Shown here piece by piece: positions 1 to 9,314 of a stretch of DNA of 64,000 nucleotides. The stretch is from Treponemataceae bacterium (GTDB taxonomy: Bacteria; Spirochaetota; Spirochaetia; Treponematales; Rectinemataceae): contig CAXXVZ010000004.1 of the NCBI GenBank assembly GCA_963678065.2, positions 608,001-672,000 on the forward strand, read 5' to 3'. Under the pieces are notes generated by a model. The model was not told where the DNA came from. It saw nothing but the letters and a program-made list of their open reading frames with translations, and searched no databases. Position 1 is the stretch's first letter; every line of letters starts with the position of its first letter. The translations under genes were made by a program, and so were the position numbers.

Positions 1-249
1 TTCCGCGAAGTCGCCCGGCTTCAGGGCGACTCCAGCCTCGGCCCTGGCGCACAGGAGGGCGGAGGCGCCCTCGATCTCCTCGACGGCGAGCATGGATACC
101 TGGCGGTTCTCGATGATGCCCGCGTGGGCGTCGCCCTCGATGCCCAGCCCCACGGCGAGGCGGACACAGGCCACCGGCGTCTTCCGGGTGCCGGTGCGCT
201 CGGAAACGTTGAGCGAGACGATGTCGAAATGGCCTTCAGAAGGAATCAC
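1..249 (-). CDS. MOSC-domain protein (3' end runs off the window)
   Basis: Not in the ORF track. Manual translation from a GTG overlapping the moaC stop (GTGA) gives MIPSEGHFDIVSLNVSERTGTRKTPV...GLGIEGDAHAG..RQVSMLAVEEI...LKPGDFAE, typical MOSC N-terminal motifs, in a Moco operon. Confidence 0.8.
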   Translation of the reverse strand, partial: MIPSEGHFDIVSLNVSERTGTRKTPVACVRLAVGLGIEGDAHAGIIENRQVSMLAVEEIEGASALLCARAEAGVALKPGDFAE

Positions 250-707
250 GAAAGAACCTCCTTAGTCTTCTCCTCGAGGAGGATCTCCCCGATCTTCATA
301 GTCCTGTCGACTGCCTTGCACATGTCGTAGATGGTCAGGGCGGCCACCGAAACAGCTGTCAGGGCCTCCATCTCGATGCCCGTCTTGTCGGTGCAGGTCG
401 CGCGGGCGCGGATGACGATGCCCGAGGCGTCGGGCTCGAGCCCGACCTCGACGTGCTCGATCTCGATGTTGTGGCAGAGGGGGATGATGTCGCTCGTGCG
501 CTTGGCGGCCATGATGCCCGCTATGCGCGCCGTCGCGAGGACATCGCCCTTCGCGATGCCGTTTTGCCGTATCAGCTCGAGGGTCTCCGGCCCGAGGTCG
601 ATGCGTCCGCGGGCGCGGGCCGTGCGCCTGACGCGGGCCTTTGCGGATACGTCGACCATGCGGGCCTTGCCCGACTCGTCGACGTGAGTGAGTGTGGTTC
701 CTGTCAT
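246..707 (-). CDS. moaC: Cyclic pyranopterin monophosphate synthase MoaC
   Basis: LTHVDESGKARMVDVSAK, IIPLCH, TGIEMEALTAVSVAALTIYDMCKAVD motifs; start moved to ATG at 707. Confidence 0.95.
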   Translation of the reverse strand: MTGTTLTHVDESGKARMVDVSAKARVRRTARARGRIDLGPETLELIRQNGIAKGDVLATARIAGIMAAKRTSDIIPLCHNIEIEHVEVGLEPDASGIVIRARATCTDKTGIEMEALTAVSVAALTIYDMCKAVDRTMKIGEILLEEKTKEVLS

Positions 708-709
708 GA

Positions 710-1519
710 CTACCCCCCGATCTGGCCGACCTCGAGGTCGGCGCATGTCTGTCCGCGGGCTGGCTTCGCGCCGACCGCTCTTCTGATACTTCCTTCGATG
801 TCGGCGAAATCGACGGAAAATTCCGCCTCGCCGTGGAGGCAGGGCCTGAGCATCCCGTTCGCGAGGAGCCGGAGTCTGTTGCAGTCGTCGCAGCGAGGCG
901 GCCTGTCGTAGTCGCCGGAGTCGGTCTTCGTCTCGGTGAGGCGGTAGCGCGCGATGGTCTGCACGTTGGCGCCGACGCGGGAAGCGTACCCGCGCACCGC
1001 CTGCAGGTCGGCCTCCGAACGCGCCGCTGACTCGCCGTCCAGAACGACGACATTCAGCTTGACGGGAAAACCGAGTCCGCGGGCTGTCTCGATGCCGCGC
1101 CAGGCTTCGACGATGTCCCCGCCCCGGGTCAGCTCCCGGTAGCGCTCCGGATCCATGGTGTCGAGGGAGATGTTGACCGAATCGAGCCCCGCCGCCTTCA
1201 GCTCCGCGGCGAGCGGGGCGAGCATGGTCCCGTTCGTCGTCATGGCGAGGGTTCTGATGCCCGGTATGGCGCGCAGCATGGCGACGAAGGACACGATACC
1301 TTTCCGCGCGAGGGGTTCCCCTCCCGTGAGCCGGATCTTGTCGAAACCGAGTCCGGCGGCGGCTCGCGCGACCAGAGTCATCTTCTCGTAGGAGAGAATG
1401 CTCTCGTGGGGAAGAAGCCTGACCCCTTCCGCCGGCATGCAGTAGACGCAGCGGAGGTTGCAGCGATCGGTCACCGAGATGCGCAGGTAGCGGATGTCAC
1501 GGCCGCAGGAGTCGAACAT
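710..1519 (-). CDS. moaA: GTP 3',8-cyclase MoaA (short form)
   Basis: YLRISVTDRCNLRCVYCMP radical-SAM motif, C-terminal CxxC(x13)C auxiliary cluster motif, terminal IGG. Confidence 0.92.
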   Translation of the reverse strand: MFDSCGRDIRYLRISVTDRCNLRCVYCMPAEGVRLLPHESILSYEKMTLVARAAAGLGFDKIRLTGGEPLARKGIVSFVAMLRAIPGIRTLAMTTNGTMLAPLAAELKAAGLDSVNISLDTMDPERYRELTRGGDIVEAWRGIETARGLGFPVKLNVVVLDGESAARSEADLQAVRGYASRVGANVQTIARYRLTETKTDSGDYDRPPRCDDCNRLRLLANGMLRPCLHGEAEFSVDFADIEGSIRRAVGAKPARGQTCADLEVGQIGG

Positions 1520-2813
1520 CGACGACCTCCCCCGCCTCGACCCTCTCGACCCCGATCTCCATGCGCAAAAGGCAATCCGCCTGCGCGAGCGCGGACAGCA
1601 TGGAAGAGCCGTGGTACGTCAACTTCGCGACCGACATGCCGCCCTCTCCCGGCCTCATTTCGAGACGGGCGGGCAGGAACTCGACCCTGTCGGAGCCGCG
1701 CCGCAGGAGGGGAGCGGAGAGTCTCGCCCGCAGCATGCGCGGCCCGAAGCCGAGGCCCATGCGCGCCATGAGGTGGGGCCGCACGAGGACTTCGAAGTTG
1801 ACGAAGGTCGAGACGGGATTCCCCGGCATGCCGAAAACGCTCTTGTCGCCCCGCCTTCCATAAAAAGTGGGTTTCCCCGGCCGCATGGCCAGACCATGAA
1901 ATATCTTTTCGACCCCGAGCTTCGCGAACGAAGCGGGAACGAAATCGAAATCCCCCATCGAGACGCCGCCCGACACGATGACGACATCGCATTCGGAGAG
2001 CGCGTGGCCGAGGGTTTCGAGGAGGCTCCCCTCGTCGTCCTTCACGATGCCGTAGGCGCGGACGAGGCAGCCCGCTGACAGGGACTGAGCGAGAAGCTGG
2101 GGTCCGTTGGAATCGTAGATTGCCCCTGAGGGCAAGGCCGCGCCCGGGGCGGCGATCTCGTCGCCCGTGGACAGGACAGCCACCACCGGGCGGCAGGCGG
2201 CGGGGACAGTCGCGTATCCGGAGGAGGCCAGGATACCTATGTCCTGGGGCGAGAGGACGCGGGGCGCGAGAAGAACCTCGCCTGATTTGAGGTTTTCGCC
2301 TCGCCTGATGATGTTGTCGGCGGTTTCCGGCCTGTCGAAGCGGACCCATTCGCCCGACAAGGCCTTGCCGGACGCGGCATAGGCCGATTCTGGCTTCGCA
2401 CCCGCCGGAGCGGACGCAAAGCTCGTCCACTCCACCCTCTGAACGGCGACGGCTCCGGAGGGAAGAGGCGCGCCCGTCATGATCCGGGCGCATTCGCCGG
2501 GCCTGAGGCTCCCGCCCTCCCCGCTTCCGGCCGCGAGCGTCCTTACGACGCGGTAAACGGTTTCCGAGTCGCGAAGGGATGGTCCCCCGGCGTCCCGCGC
2601 GGCCTCAGTACGGGGGCAATACGCGAATCCATCCATGCCCGACTTGTCGAAGGGCGGCTGATCCACCAGGTTCGGAATGGCTGAAGGCAGGGCCCGGCCG
2701 AGGCAGGAGGCCAGATCCACCATCTCGGTCCTCGCGGGGGGAATGGCGTCGAGGACGAGGGCAAGCGCCTCTTCGGGCAGAAGGGCCGTGCGGCCAGAAA
2801 CGGTAATACTCAT
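1497..2813 (-). CDS. moeA: Molybdopterin molybdenum/tungsten transferase MoeA
   Basis: PPFDKSGMDGFA, IMTGAPLP, STGDE, SGGVSMGDFD, MRPGKP, GMPGNPVS motifs. Confidence 0.95.
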   Translation of the reverse strand: MSITVSGRTALLPEEALALVLDAIPPARTEMVDLASCLGRALPSAIPNLVDQPPFDKSGMDGFAYCPRTEAARDAGGPSLRDSETVYRVVRTLAAGSGEGGSLRPGECARIMTGAPLPSGAVAVQRVEWTSFASAPAGAKPESAYAASGKALSGEWVRFDRPETADNIIRRGENLKSGEVLLAPRVLSPQDIGILASSGYATVPAACRPVVAVLSTGDEIAAPGAALPSGAIYDSNGPQLLAQSLSAGCLVRAYGIVKDDEGSLLETLGHALSECDVVIVSGGVSMGDFDFVPASFAKLGVEKIFHGLAMRPGKPTFYGRRGDKSVFGMPGNPVSTFVNFEVLVRPHLMARMGLGFGPRMLRARLSAPLLRRGSDRVEFLPARLEMRPGEGGMSVAKLTYHGSSMLSALAQADCLLRMEIGVERVEAGEVVDVRLLRP

Positions 2814-3565
2814 TGGACCTCCGGCGTATTCCGCTGCCCGGCCGGAACTGGCGCACCGGACCGGGCCCCGGAAACCAGGACTGAATCGGATACCACGCTT
2901 CCGTGGCTGAATTCGAGATTCCGGTATCCACGAAGCGAAGAGAAATCGCGGATGAAGGCCGGATCGTGGGTCGACACGACAAGAGTTCTTCCCTCGCGGG
3001 CAAGGGCGAGGAGAGCATGGGCTATGAGCCGGGCCGACTCGGCGTCCGCACTCGCCGTAGGCTCGTCGAGAAGCAGAACCTTCGTCCCGGCGGCGATGAC
3101 TCGCGCGAGGGCGACTCGCTGGGCTTCGCCTCCGGAAAGCTGGCGGTGCCGGCGGGCAGAATACTCCGCGAGCCCCACAATATCCAGGGCCGCCTCGGCC
3201 CGCGCGACGACTTCCGCGTCAGGGAGCCCCGCCGCGCGGCAGGCGAATCCCGCGTTGTACCTGACCGTGCCCGAAAAAATGTAGGGGTGTTGGTGGAGGT
3301 ACACGGTCTCGCGCCGGAGCGCGTCGGGGCCTCGCCGGTAGCCGACACTCCCCGCGGCCGGATCGACGAGGGCGTTCAGGGCCTTCAGGAAGGTCGTCTT
3401 CCCCGAACCGTTCGGCCCTGTCAGGAAGACGGTCTCTCCCTCGCGGATGTCGAGAGAGGGGCAACAAAGATCGGGCTGCCCCGGCCTCTTCCGGTTGTAG
3501 CGGATTTCAAGGTCGCGGACCGAGTAGAGCAGGGCCGCACCATCGGAGGCGACCTCAGTTCTCAT
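2810..3565 (-). CDS. tupC: Tungstate ABC transporter ATP-binding subunit
   Basis: Walker A GPNGSGKT, LSGGE, LLLDEPT; follows tupAB. Confidence 0.8.
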   Translation of the reverse strand: MRTEVASDGAALLYSVRDLEIRYNRKRPGQPDLCCPSLDIREGETVFLTGPNGSGKTTFLKALNALVDPAAGSVGYRRGPDALRRETVYLHQHPYIFSGTVRYNAGFACRAAGLPDAEVVARAEAALDIVGLAEYSARRHRQLSGGEAQRVALARVIAAGTKVLLLDEPTASADAESARLIAHALLALAREGRTLVVSTHDPAFIRDFSSLRGYRNLEFSHGSVVSDSVLVSGARSGAPVPAGQRNTPEVQ

Positions 3566-4226
3566 GGCGGCTCATTGCGTGGACGACAAGGTTCACCGCG
3601 AGGGCGATGACGAGGAGGACGAGGCCCAGGGAGAGGGCCCGCTCGAACTCACCCTTCGAGGCGTCCAGGGCGATGGCCGTCGTCATGGTCCTCGTGACAT
3701 GGCGGATGTTCCCGCCGAGCATCATCGAGACTCCTACCTCGCCGGTCACCCGGCCGAAGGCGGTGACGACCGCGGCTCCGAGGAGGGTCCGCGCCTCGCG
3801 CAGGGTGGCCCGCATCGAAAGCCAAGGGCCGGCCCCCAGGGTCCGCAGGGTTTCCCTGAATCTCGGATCGAGGCTCGAGAGTCCCGCACAGGTGAGGGAA
3901 GCCACGACGGGGAAGGCGAGGAAGGACTGCCCGAGTACGACCCCTGCGGGGGCGTACATGAAGCCGAGACTCCCGAGCGGGCCGGAACGTGAGATGAGCG
4001 AGTAGACGAGGAGTCCTATGACCACCGTCGGCAGGGCGGTCAGGGCGTTGAGTACGGCGATGACAGTCCTCCTACCCGCCCAGGATCCGGAGGAGAGGAG
4101 GACACCGAGCGGCAGGGCGGGGATGAGGGAAAAGGCCGTGGACAGGAACGCGAAGCGCAGGCTCGTCAGGACGACGCCCCATGTCTCCGCATCGCCAGAG
4201 TACAGCAGCATGAAAGCCTCACGCAC
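3555..4226 (-). CDS. tupB: Tungstate ABC transporter permease
   Basis: ALPTVVIGLLVY..SRSGPLG, GEVGVSMMLGGNI...TRTMTTAIAL; GTG start. Confidence 0.88.
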   Translation of the reverse strand: MREAFMLLYSGDAETWGVVLTSLRFAFLSTAFSLIPALPLGVLLSSGSWAGRRTVIAVLNALTALPTVVIGLLVYSLISRSGPLGSLGFMYAPAGVVLGQSFLAFPVVASLTCAGLSSLDPRFRETLRTLGAGPWLSMRATLREARTLLGAAVVTAFGRVTGEVGVSMMLGGNIRHVTRTMTTAIALDASKGEFERALSLGLVLLVIALAVNLVVHAMSRHEN

Positions 4227-4265
4227 TCTCGGGGCCTCTCCCTCTCACCTTTTACCAGGCCGCCG

Positions 4266-5117
4266 TCAGTACAGGTAAAAACACTGTTCGCCGCCGATCT
4301 TGTAGGCGGCTATCAGCTTCTTTCCCGTCGTCCCGGTCATCCAGTCCATGAGGGCCTTGGCCCCGGCATAGTTGGTATCGGGCCATTTGGCGGGATTGAC
4401 GGTGATGATGCCGTAGGGGTTGAAGAGGTTTTTGTCGCCCTGGTGGAGGATGCGGAGCTTCGACTTGTCCTTCATGGCGAGCCAGGTCGCACGATCGGCG
4501 AGCGTGTAGCCTTCCATCCCGTCGGCCATGATTATCACCTGGCTCATGCCCTGCCCCGCCTCCCGGTACCAGGAATCGCCGCTTGCCGCGCTGGGCTTCA
4601 GTCCGGCGAGTTTCCAGATCTCCTTTTCCTTGACATCGGTGCCCGAATTGTCCCCGCGGGAGACGAAGGGCGTGCGGCTCTTCGCTATTGCACGGAAGAC
4701 TTCGACCGATGTGGCGAGTCCCGCGATGCCCGCGGGGTCGCTGGCCGGGCCGAGCACGATGAAATCGTTGTACATGACATCCTTGCGGTCCGCGCCGAAT
4801 TTCGCCGCCATGAAGGCGTCCTCGAGAGCGCGCGCGTGGACGAGAACGACATCGCAATCGCCTTTTTCGCCGATCTTGAGCGAGGCGCCCGTCCCGACGG
4901 CCACAACCTCAACCTTGTAGCCGGTTTCCTTTTCGAAAACGGGCAGGATGGCCGACAGCAGTCCGGATTGTTCGGTGCTCGTCGTGGTGGCGAGTCTGAG
5001 CCGTGCCCGGACGGGGGTCTGGGCGGTCTGGGCGGTCTGGGCGGTCTGGGCGAAGGCGGCGCTCGCCGCAACGAGGCATGCCAGTGCAACTCCGAGGAAT
5101 CGAGAGGATCGTTTCAT
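4266..5117 (-). CDS. tupA: Tungstate-binding protein
   Basis: Signal peptide, TTTS selectivity motif (LATTTSTEQSGLL), SRGDNSGT, DRATW; SD AGGAG before ATG 5117. Confidence 0.92.
   Translation of the reverse strand: MKRSSRFLGVALACLVAASAAFAQTAQTAQTAQTPVRARLRLATTTSTEQSGLLSAILPVFEKETGYKVEVVAVGTGASLKIGEKGDCDVVLVHARALEDAFMAAKFGADRKDVMYNDFIVLGPASDPAGIAGLATSVEVFRAIAKSRTPFVSRGDNSGTDVKEKEIWKLAGLKPSAASGDSWYREAGQGMSQVIIMADGMEGYTLADRATWLAMKDKSKLRILHQGDKNLFNPYGIITVNPAKWPDTNYAGAKALMDWMTGTTGKKLIAAYKIGGEQCFYLY
5016..5051. repeat. 4 x 9-bp tandem repeat (GGTCTGGGC) encoding (AQT)n after the TupA signal peptide
   Basis: Four exact copies seen directly. Confidence 0.9.
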
Positions 5118-5190
5118 GGTCACTCCTTCAGGAACTGGACCGCGGAAGCGTTTCTGTCGCTTCATGCGTTCACGATTCGAAAACGAAAGC

Positions 5191-5219
5191 ATGATACACG
5201 AAGTATGTCGGGAAGGCAA
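5191..5219 (-). promoter_or_regulatory. Putative sigma70 promoter of the tup-moe-moa operon
   Basis: TTGCCT-N17-TATCAT with an upstream AT-rich tract. Confidence 0.6.
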
Positions 5220-5321
5220 GTAAATGTATTTTTTTATCTATATACCAAAAAACGGACTATCGGAGACCTCACGACAACCATGCGGGCGCGCAAATCGGGC
5301 CAAAAGCCTCCACCTCCAGCC

Positions 5322-5777
5322 TCACTCGCGCCGGCTGCCGAGAATTCCGGCCACATAGGAAAGCCCGGTACGCTCGGTCAATCCCGGCCAGTCGGCCCGT
5401 ACCATCTCCTCAGTCAAGACCAGGTAGCCGGAAGGCGGCACGAGGGCGGGATTGATCTTCTTCCATGAATGAGTCAGGGGATTCTCGACGAAATCGACAT
5501 CCTCGAGCCGCTGCGATGTCGCTTCGCCCGGAGCGAGAACCCGGATGTAGCCTTTTTTCGCCCTCGAGTCCGCTATGATGCGCACGGGCAGAGAGGTCCT
5601 GTTCTCGATGCCGCCATTGAATGCGACCCAAAAGGGAGCCCGCGGGAGAATGCTGGAGCAGGCCGGAAACAGGAAAATCGGAATGCAGGCGACAAAACGG
5701 AGCATACGGACAGGAAAAGCTCCCGCAGAGCGCTCTTTCCTCTCCCGTTCACCTCTCTGTTCCGGCGCGATTCTCAT
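5322..5777 (-). CDS. Hypothetical protein, possible lipoprotein
   Basis: Hydrophobic stretch ending FLFPAC; TATACT lies 6 nt before the ATG (leaderless pattern). Confidence 0.5.
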   Translation of the reverse strand: MRIAPEQRGERERKERSAGAFPVRMLRFVACIPIFLFPACSSILPRAPFWVAFNGGIENRTSLPVRIIADSRAKKGYIRVLAPGEATSQRLEDVDFVENPLTHSWKKINPALVPPSGYLVLTEEMVRADWPGLTERTGLSYVAGILGSRRE

Positions 5778-5890
5778 GTCAACAGTATACAGAAAAAGAG
5801 AAATGCCGACGAGGCCCGTGTTGCCTCAACCAGAAAACAAACCGGAGGATGGCCTTGACCACGCGCCGGACTCCCCCTACCTTTAGCGGC

Positions 5891-6874
5891 ATGACATTGG
5901 CCCCCCTCACCGATACTGAACAGCTCTCCCATCTCGAAAGTATTCTTCCGGACGATATCAGGACTTTCAGCCTCGGCACGATTGACGGTCCCGCAGGAGG
6001 CGAACTCCGGGGCGCCATTGTCAATGGCACCCGCATGATCAGCCAGATGCGCGCCAACCACAGGCTCGGCATCCCGGAGACTCTCGTCCTCGGCCAGGCC
6101 TACCTCGGAGCGGCCCTCATAGCCTCCACTCTGAAAGGCGAGGACCGTATCGTCCTGTCGGTCCGATGCGAAGGCCCGGCCGAAGGTTTATCCGTCGAGG
6201 CGCGCGCCATTCCTTCGGCTTCGGGAAGCCGCGGGGGCGTAGGCGTCCGCGGTAGAATTTTCAACGACGCCATCGCTCTCGACAAGCCCCCTGAATCCTT
6301 CGACACGGCTCCTCTCGTCGGGTCGGGCTCGATCACGGTCGTCCGCCACACCGCCGGAACCGGACATCCCTTCACCGGCACCACAGCCCTGCACTCGGGT
6401 CGACTCTCCCAGGATCTCGCCGTCTACTACCTTGAGTCGGAACAGACCCACACGGCCTTCCGTTTCGGTATCCAGTTCGACCGCGCGGGCCGGGTCGCAG
6501 GCGCGGGCGGGATCTACCTGCAGGCAATGCCGAAGGCGCTCGCCGACACGCTCGACCGCGCTGAAGAGAGGCTGGCCGCCATGCCATCCCTCGGCGCCTG
6601 GCTCGCTCAGGGCGGAGATCCGGAGAACCTCATCGAGCACTATTTCAACCTTCTCGGTCCGACCATGCTCGGAAACATGACTGTCGCCTTCGACTGCTCC
6701 TGCTCCAAGGCAAAAATCGGCGCCTTCCTCGCGTCCGCCGATCGCAACTTCCTCGCGGAGATGGTCGAACACGGCCCCTGGCCAGTCGAGACTGTCTGCC
6801 ATAACTGCGGTTCGGTCTATGCTTTCGGGCGGGAAGAACTGGAGGACATGCTCGCGCGCGGATCTCCCGCCTGA
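5891..6874 (+). CDS. hslO: Hsp33 family redox-regulated chaperone
   Basis: YYLESEQ, AGGIYLQAMP, C-terminal CxC...CxxC (FDCSCS, VCHNCG); TTGACC-N17-TACCTT just upstream. Confidence 0.88.
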   Translation: MTLAPLTDTEQLSHLESILPDDIRTFSLGTIDGPAGGELRGAIVNGTRMISQMRANHRLGIPETLVLGQAYLGAALIASTLKGEDRIVLSVRCEGPAEGLSVEARAIPSASGSRGGVGVRGRIFNDAIALDKPPESFDTAPLVGSGSITVVRHTAGTGHPFTGTTALHSGRLSQDLAVYYLESEQTHTAFRFGIQFDRAGRVAGAGGIYLQAMPKALADTLDRAEERLAAMPSLGAWLAQGGDPENLIEHYFNLLGPTMLGNMTVAFDCSCSKAKIGAFLASADRNFLAEMVEHGPWPVETVCHNCGSVYAFGREELEDMLARGSPA

Positions 6875-6971
6875 GTTCCCATCCTAAAGCCTCCGCTTCG
6901 CCTTCGGGGACGAGCTCCAGATCTCCGGTCCGATTTCTCCTCATGGCCTCTGCGTCGATATATTGAAACGA

Positions 6972-8168
6972 GTGAGTAAGTACGAGATCGCTTTCATTCC
7001 CCGGATTTCCGACATTCCGGAGAACGAGTGGGACGCCCTGTCATCCCGCTACGGCAACCCCCTTCTCAGCTGGGGCTACCTCGCGCTGCTCGAAGAATCG
7101 GGTTCAATCTGCCCGGAAACCGGATGGACTCCCGCCCACATCACGGTCAGACGCTCCGGCACCCTCGTCGCGGCCGCCCCGCTCTACATCCGAACCGATT
7201 CCTGGGGCGACTACGTATTCGATTTCGAATTCGCCGCCTACGCCGATAAAATAAAAGCGCCGTATTACCCCAGGCTCGTCGGCACCATCCCCGCGACCCC
7301 CGCTCCCGCGTGGCGTGTACTCTGCGCCGAAGGAGAATCGGGACTGGAAAAACTCTGTATCGGCGTCGCGCGCGAGGCGGCCCGCAATGCCGGACTCGCA
7401 GGCCTTCACTTCCTCTGGGTCGACCCCTTCTTCCTTCCCGCGCTGAAGGAGGTCGACGGAGGCTCCTCGGAGTGGCGGCACCAGTACTTCCTGTGGAAAA
7501 ACGAGGGCTACCGCGATCTTCCGGACTGCCTCGACTCGTGGTCCAAGAACATGCGGCGCAATGTCATGCGGGAACGAAGCTCGGTCCGAAAGGCAGGCAT
7601 TGAGACCTTTGTCATCTCGCCCCACGACTGCCCCCCGCGCTACCTCGAACTCATGGCGGATTACTACGAAGACACCAACGCGAAGTTCGGTCCCTACGCG
7701 GCCAAATTTCTGACACGGGATTTTTTTCTGCGCCTCCCCGACTTCATGCCCGCGGGATGGGCTCTTTCCGCGGCGTTTTCGGCATCGAGGGCCGAGCCGG
7801 TGGCCCTCGCTTTCCTGCTCGAGAGCGATAAGACCCTGTACGGCAGATTCTGGGGAAAGGCCGATGCCGAACTCTGGAACGGCGGCGCCCAGGTGTCCGG
7901 CCTCCATTTCGAAGTCTGCTTCTACACGCCCATGGAGTACAGCATGGCAAAGCGGCTTTCAGATTTCGATCCCGGCATGGGAAGCGAACACAAGGCGAGG
8001 CGAGGCTTTCGGGCCGAGCTCTGCTCCTCCCTCCACCTCCCCTTCGACGGGCGCCTGGCGAGGGTCTTCGAGGCTTCGATGCCGGGAATAAACGCGGCGG
8101 AAACCACAATGGTCGGAGAGCTGAACAGGGATCTGCCTTTCAGGGCAGGGAGCCCGAGCCTCCGATAG
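6972..8168 (+). CDS. GNAT/FemAB-like N-acetyltransferase family protein
   Basis: ETGWTPAH, SWGDYVFD, LYGRFWG, LHFEVCFY, GSEHKARRGF motifs; GTG start at 6972 (alternative TTG 6963). Confidence 0.85.
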   Translation: MSKYEIAFIPRISDIPENEWDALSSRYGNPLLSWGYLALLEESGSICPETGWTPAHITVRRSGTLVAAAPLYIRTDSWGDYVFDFEFAAYADKIKAPYYPRLVGTIPATPAPAWRVLCAEGESGLEKLCIGVAREAARNAGLAGLHFLWVDPFFLPALKEVDGGSSEWRHQYFLWKNEGYRDLPDCLDSWSKNMRRNVMRERSSVRKAGIETFVISPHDCPPRYLELMADYYEDTNAKFGPYAAKFLTRDFFLRLPDFMPAGWALSAAFSASRAEPVALAFLLESDKTLYGRFWGKADAELWNGGAQVSGLHFEVCFYTPMEYSMAKRLSDFDPGMGSEHKARRGFRAELCSSLHLPFDGRLARVFEASMPGINAAETTMVGELNRDLPFRAGSPSLR

Positions 8169-8225
8169 CGATCATGGGTCTAGGCCGGCTCCTTCTGCAG
8201 GCGAAAGCGTACCAGCTACACCAAT

Positions 8226-8250
8226 AAAAAACCGCCCCGTGAGGGGCGGT
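8226..8250 (-). terminator. Rho-independent terminator of the lipoprotein gene
   Basis: ACCGCCCC-4 nt-GGGGCGGT stem followed by a T-run on the minus strand. Confidence 0.85.
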
Positions 8251-8283
8251 CCGGATCATGCCGACGGACGGCACGACAGGCAA

Positions 8284-8874
8284 TTACTGGGCCTTGTAAC
8301 CGGCGGCTTCGAGAGCGGCCTGGGCGGCGCCGACGGAGTCCTTGAGAGTGGTGAGGCTGGCCTTGGCGGCGGCGAAATCGCCGGAGTCATTGGCGGCCTT
8401 GGCGGTCTCATACTCGGTCTTGGCGGCGTTGAGGGTGCCAGTGGTGGCGGCGACGTTGACCTTGGCTTTCTTTCCGGCCTTGGCGGCGAGGGCGAGTTCG
8501 GACTCGACGGTCGTCATGGCAGTCTGGACGTCGGTGAGGAGGGTGGCGACTTCCGCTTTGGCGGCTTCGAGTCCGGCGGCAGCGTCAGTCTCGGCCTTCT
8601 TGGACGCCTCGAGGAGGGTCTTGGCGAGAGCGGGAAGAGCCTTATAGGACTTGCCGGAGGTCTTGGCGTTCTGGGCATCGAGTTCAGCCTGAAGAGCGGC
8701 CTGGGCATCCTGGGCGGCTTTGAAAGAGTCGGCGGCGTAGACATCGGCCTTGGCAGTCTGGGCGGCGGTGAAAGCGGCGTTCGCGGCATCGATGTCTTTC
8801 TGGGGAAGGGCGGGAGCGCAGGCGAACATGAGAGCGACGAGAGCCACGGCAGCGACGATCTTGAGAGACTTCAT
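8284..8874 (-). CDS. Ala/Lys-rich helical lipoprotein (DUF4398-like)
   Basis: MKSLKIVAAVALVALMFA-C lipobox, AKADVYAADSF motif, strong SD (GGAGG), consensus promoter and own terminator. Confidence 0.8.
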   Translation of the reverse strand: MKSLKIVAAVALVALMFACAPALPQKDIDAANAAFTAAQTAKADVYAADSFKAAQDAQAALQAELDAQNAKTSGKSYKALPALAKTLLEASKKAETDAAAGLEAAKAEVATLLTDVQTAMTTVESELALAAKAGKKAKVNVAATTGTLNAAKTEYETAKAANDSGDFAAAKASLTTLKDSVGAAQAALEAAGYKAQ

Positions 8875-8970
8875 GATTGCTTTCCTCCATGAACGGGTAA
8901 GCAAAAAAGTGATGAGCGGTAATCGAACACACAAGATGTTACGGGTTTACCTGCTTTTCAGTGCAAACGT

Positions 8971-8999
8971 ATGATACCGGGTATAATTCAAAATGTCAA
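8971..8999 (-). promoter_or_regulatory. Near-consensus sigma70 promoter of the lipoprotein gene
   Basis: TTGACA-N17-TATCAT. Confidence 0.7.
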
Positions 9000-9314
9000 T
9001 GAATGCGAAAGACCGCGCAGTACAACAAAGTATACACCTTGGCGCGAAAGTTACATTAAAATTAAAAACATCCGGTCATCCGCTTTGTCCCGAAGCCGTC
9101 GCGGCCCCGCCGGCCACTCTCTTCGAATTCACCGATTTCATGTTAAGAAAACAACATAGAAACTTAATAACGAGATGGAACTCGGTGACTTGCGGCGGGA
9201 TGAATCGGGATGCGATACTCGAAATGTCGGGAGGGGAATTCAGTTTTTTTTCTTCCCGTTCTGCAAATTCCGGAAAATCGAAGAGAAATCCCAGCTGGTA
9301 CAAGGAGGTAGCTC

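Noticed and set aside
5117..5280. Moco/W riboswitch or ModE box upstream of tupA
   Set aside because: Only a TATATA half-site with no partner; the short leader lacks recognisable Moco-RNA elements.
8875..9314. Riboswitch or sRNA in the long AT-rich intergenic region
   Set aside because: No recognisable conserved motif; divergent promoters explain it. An Rfam/Infernal scan would be needed to exclude it fully.
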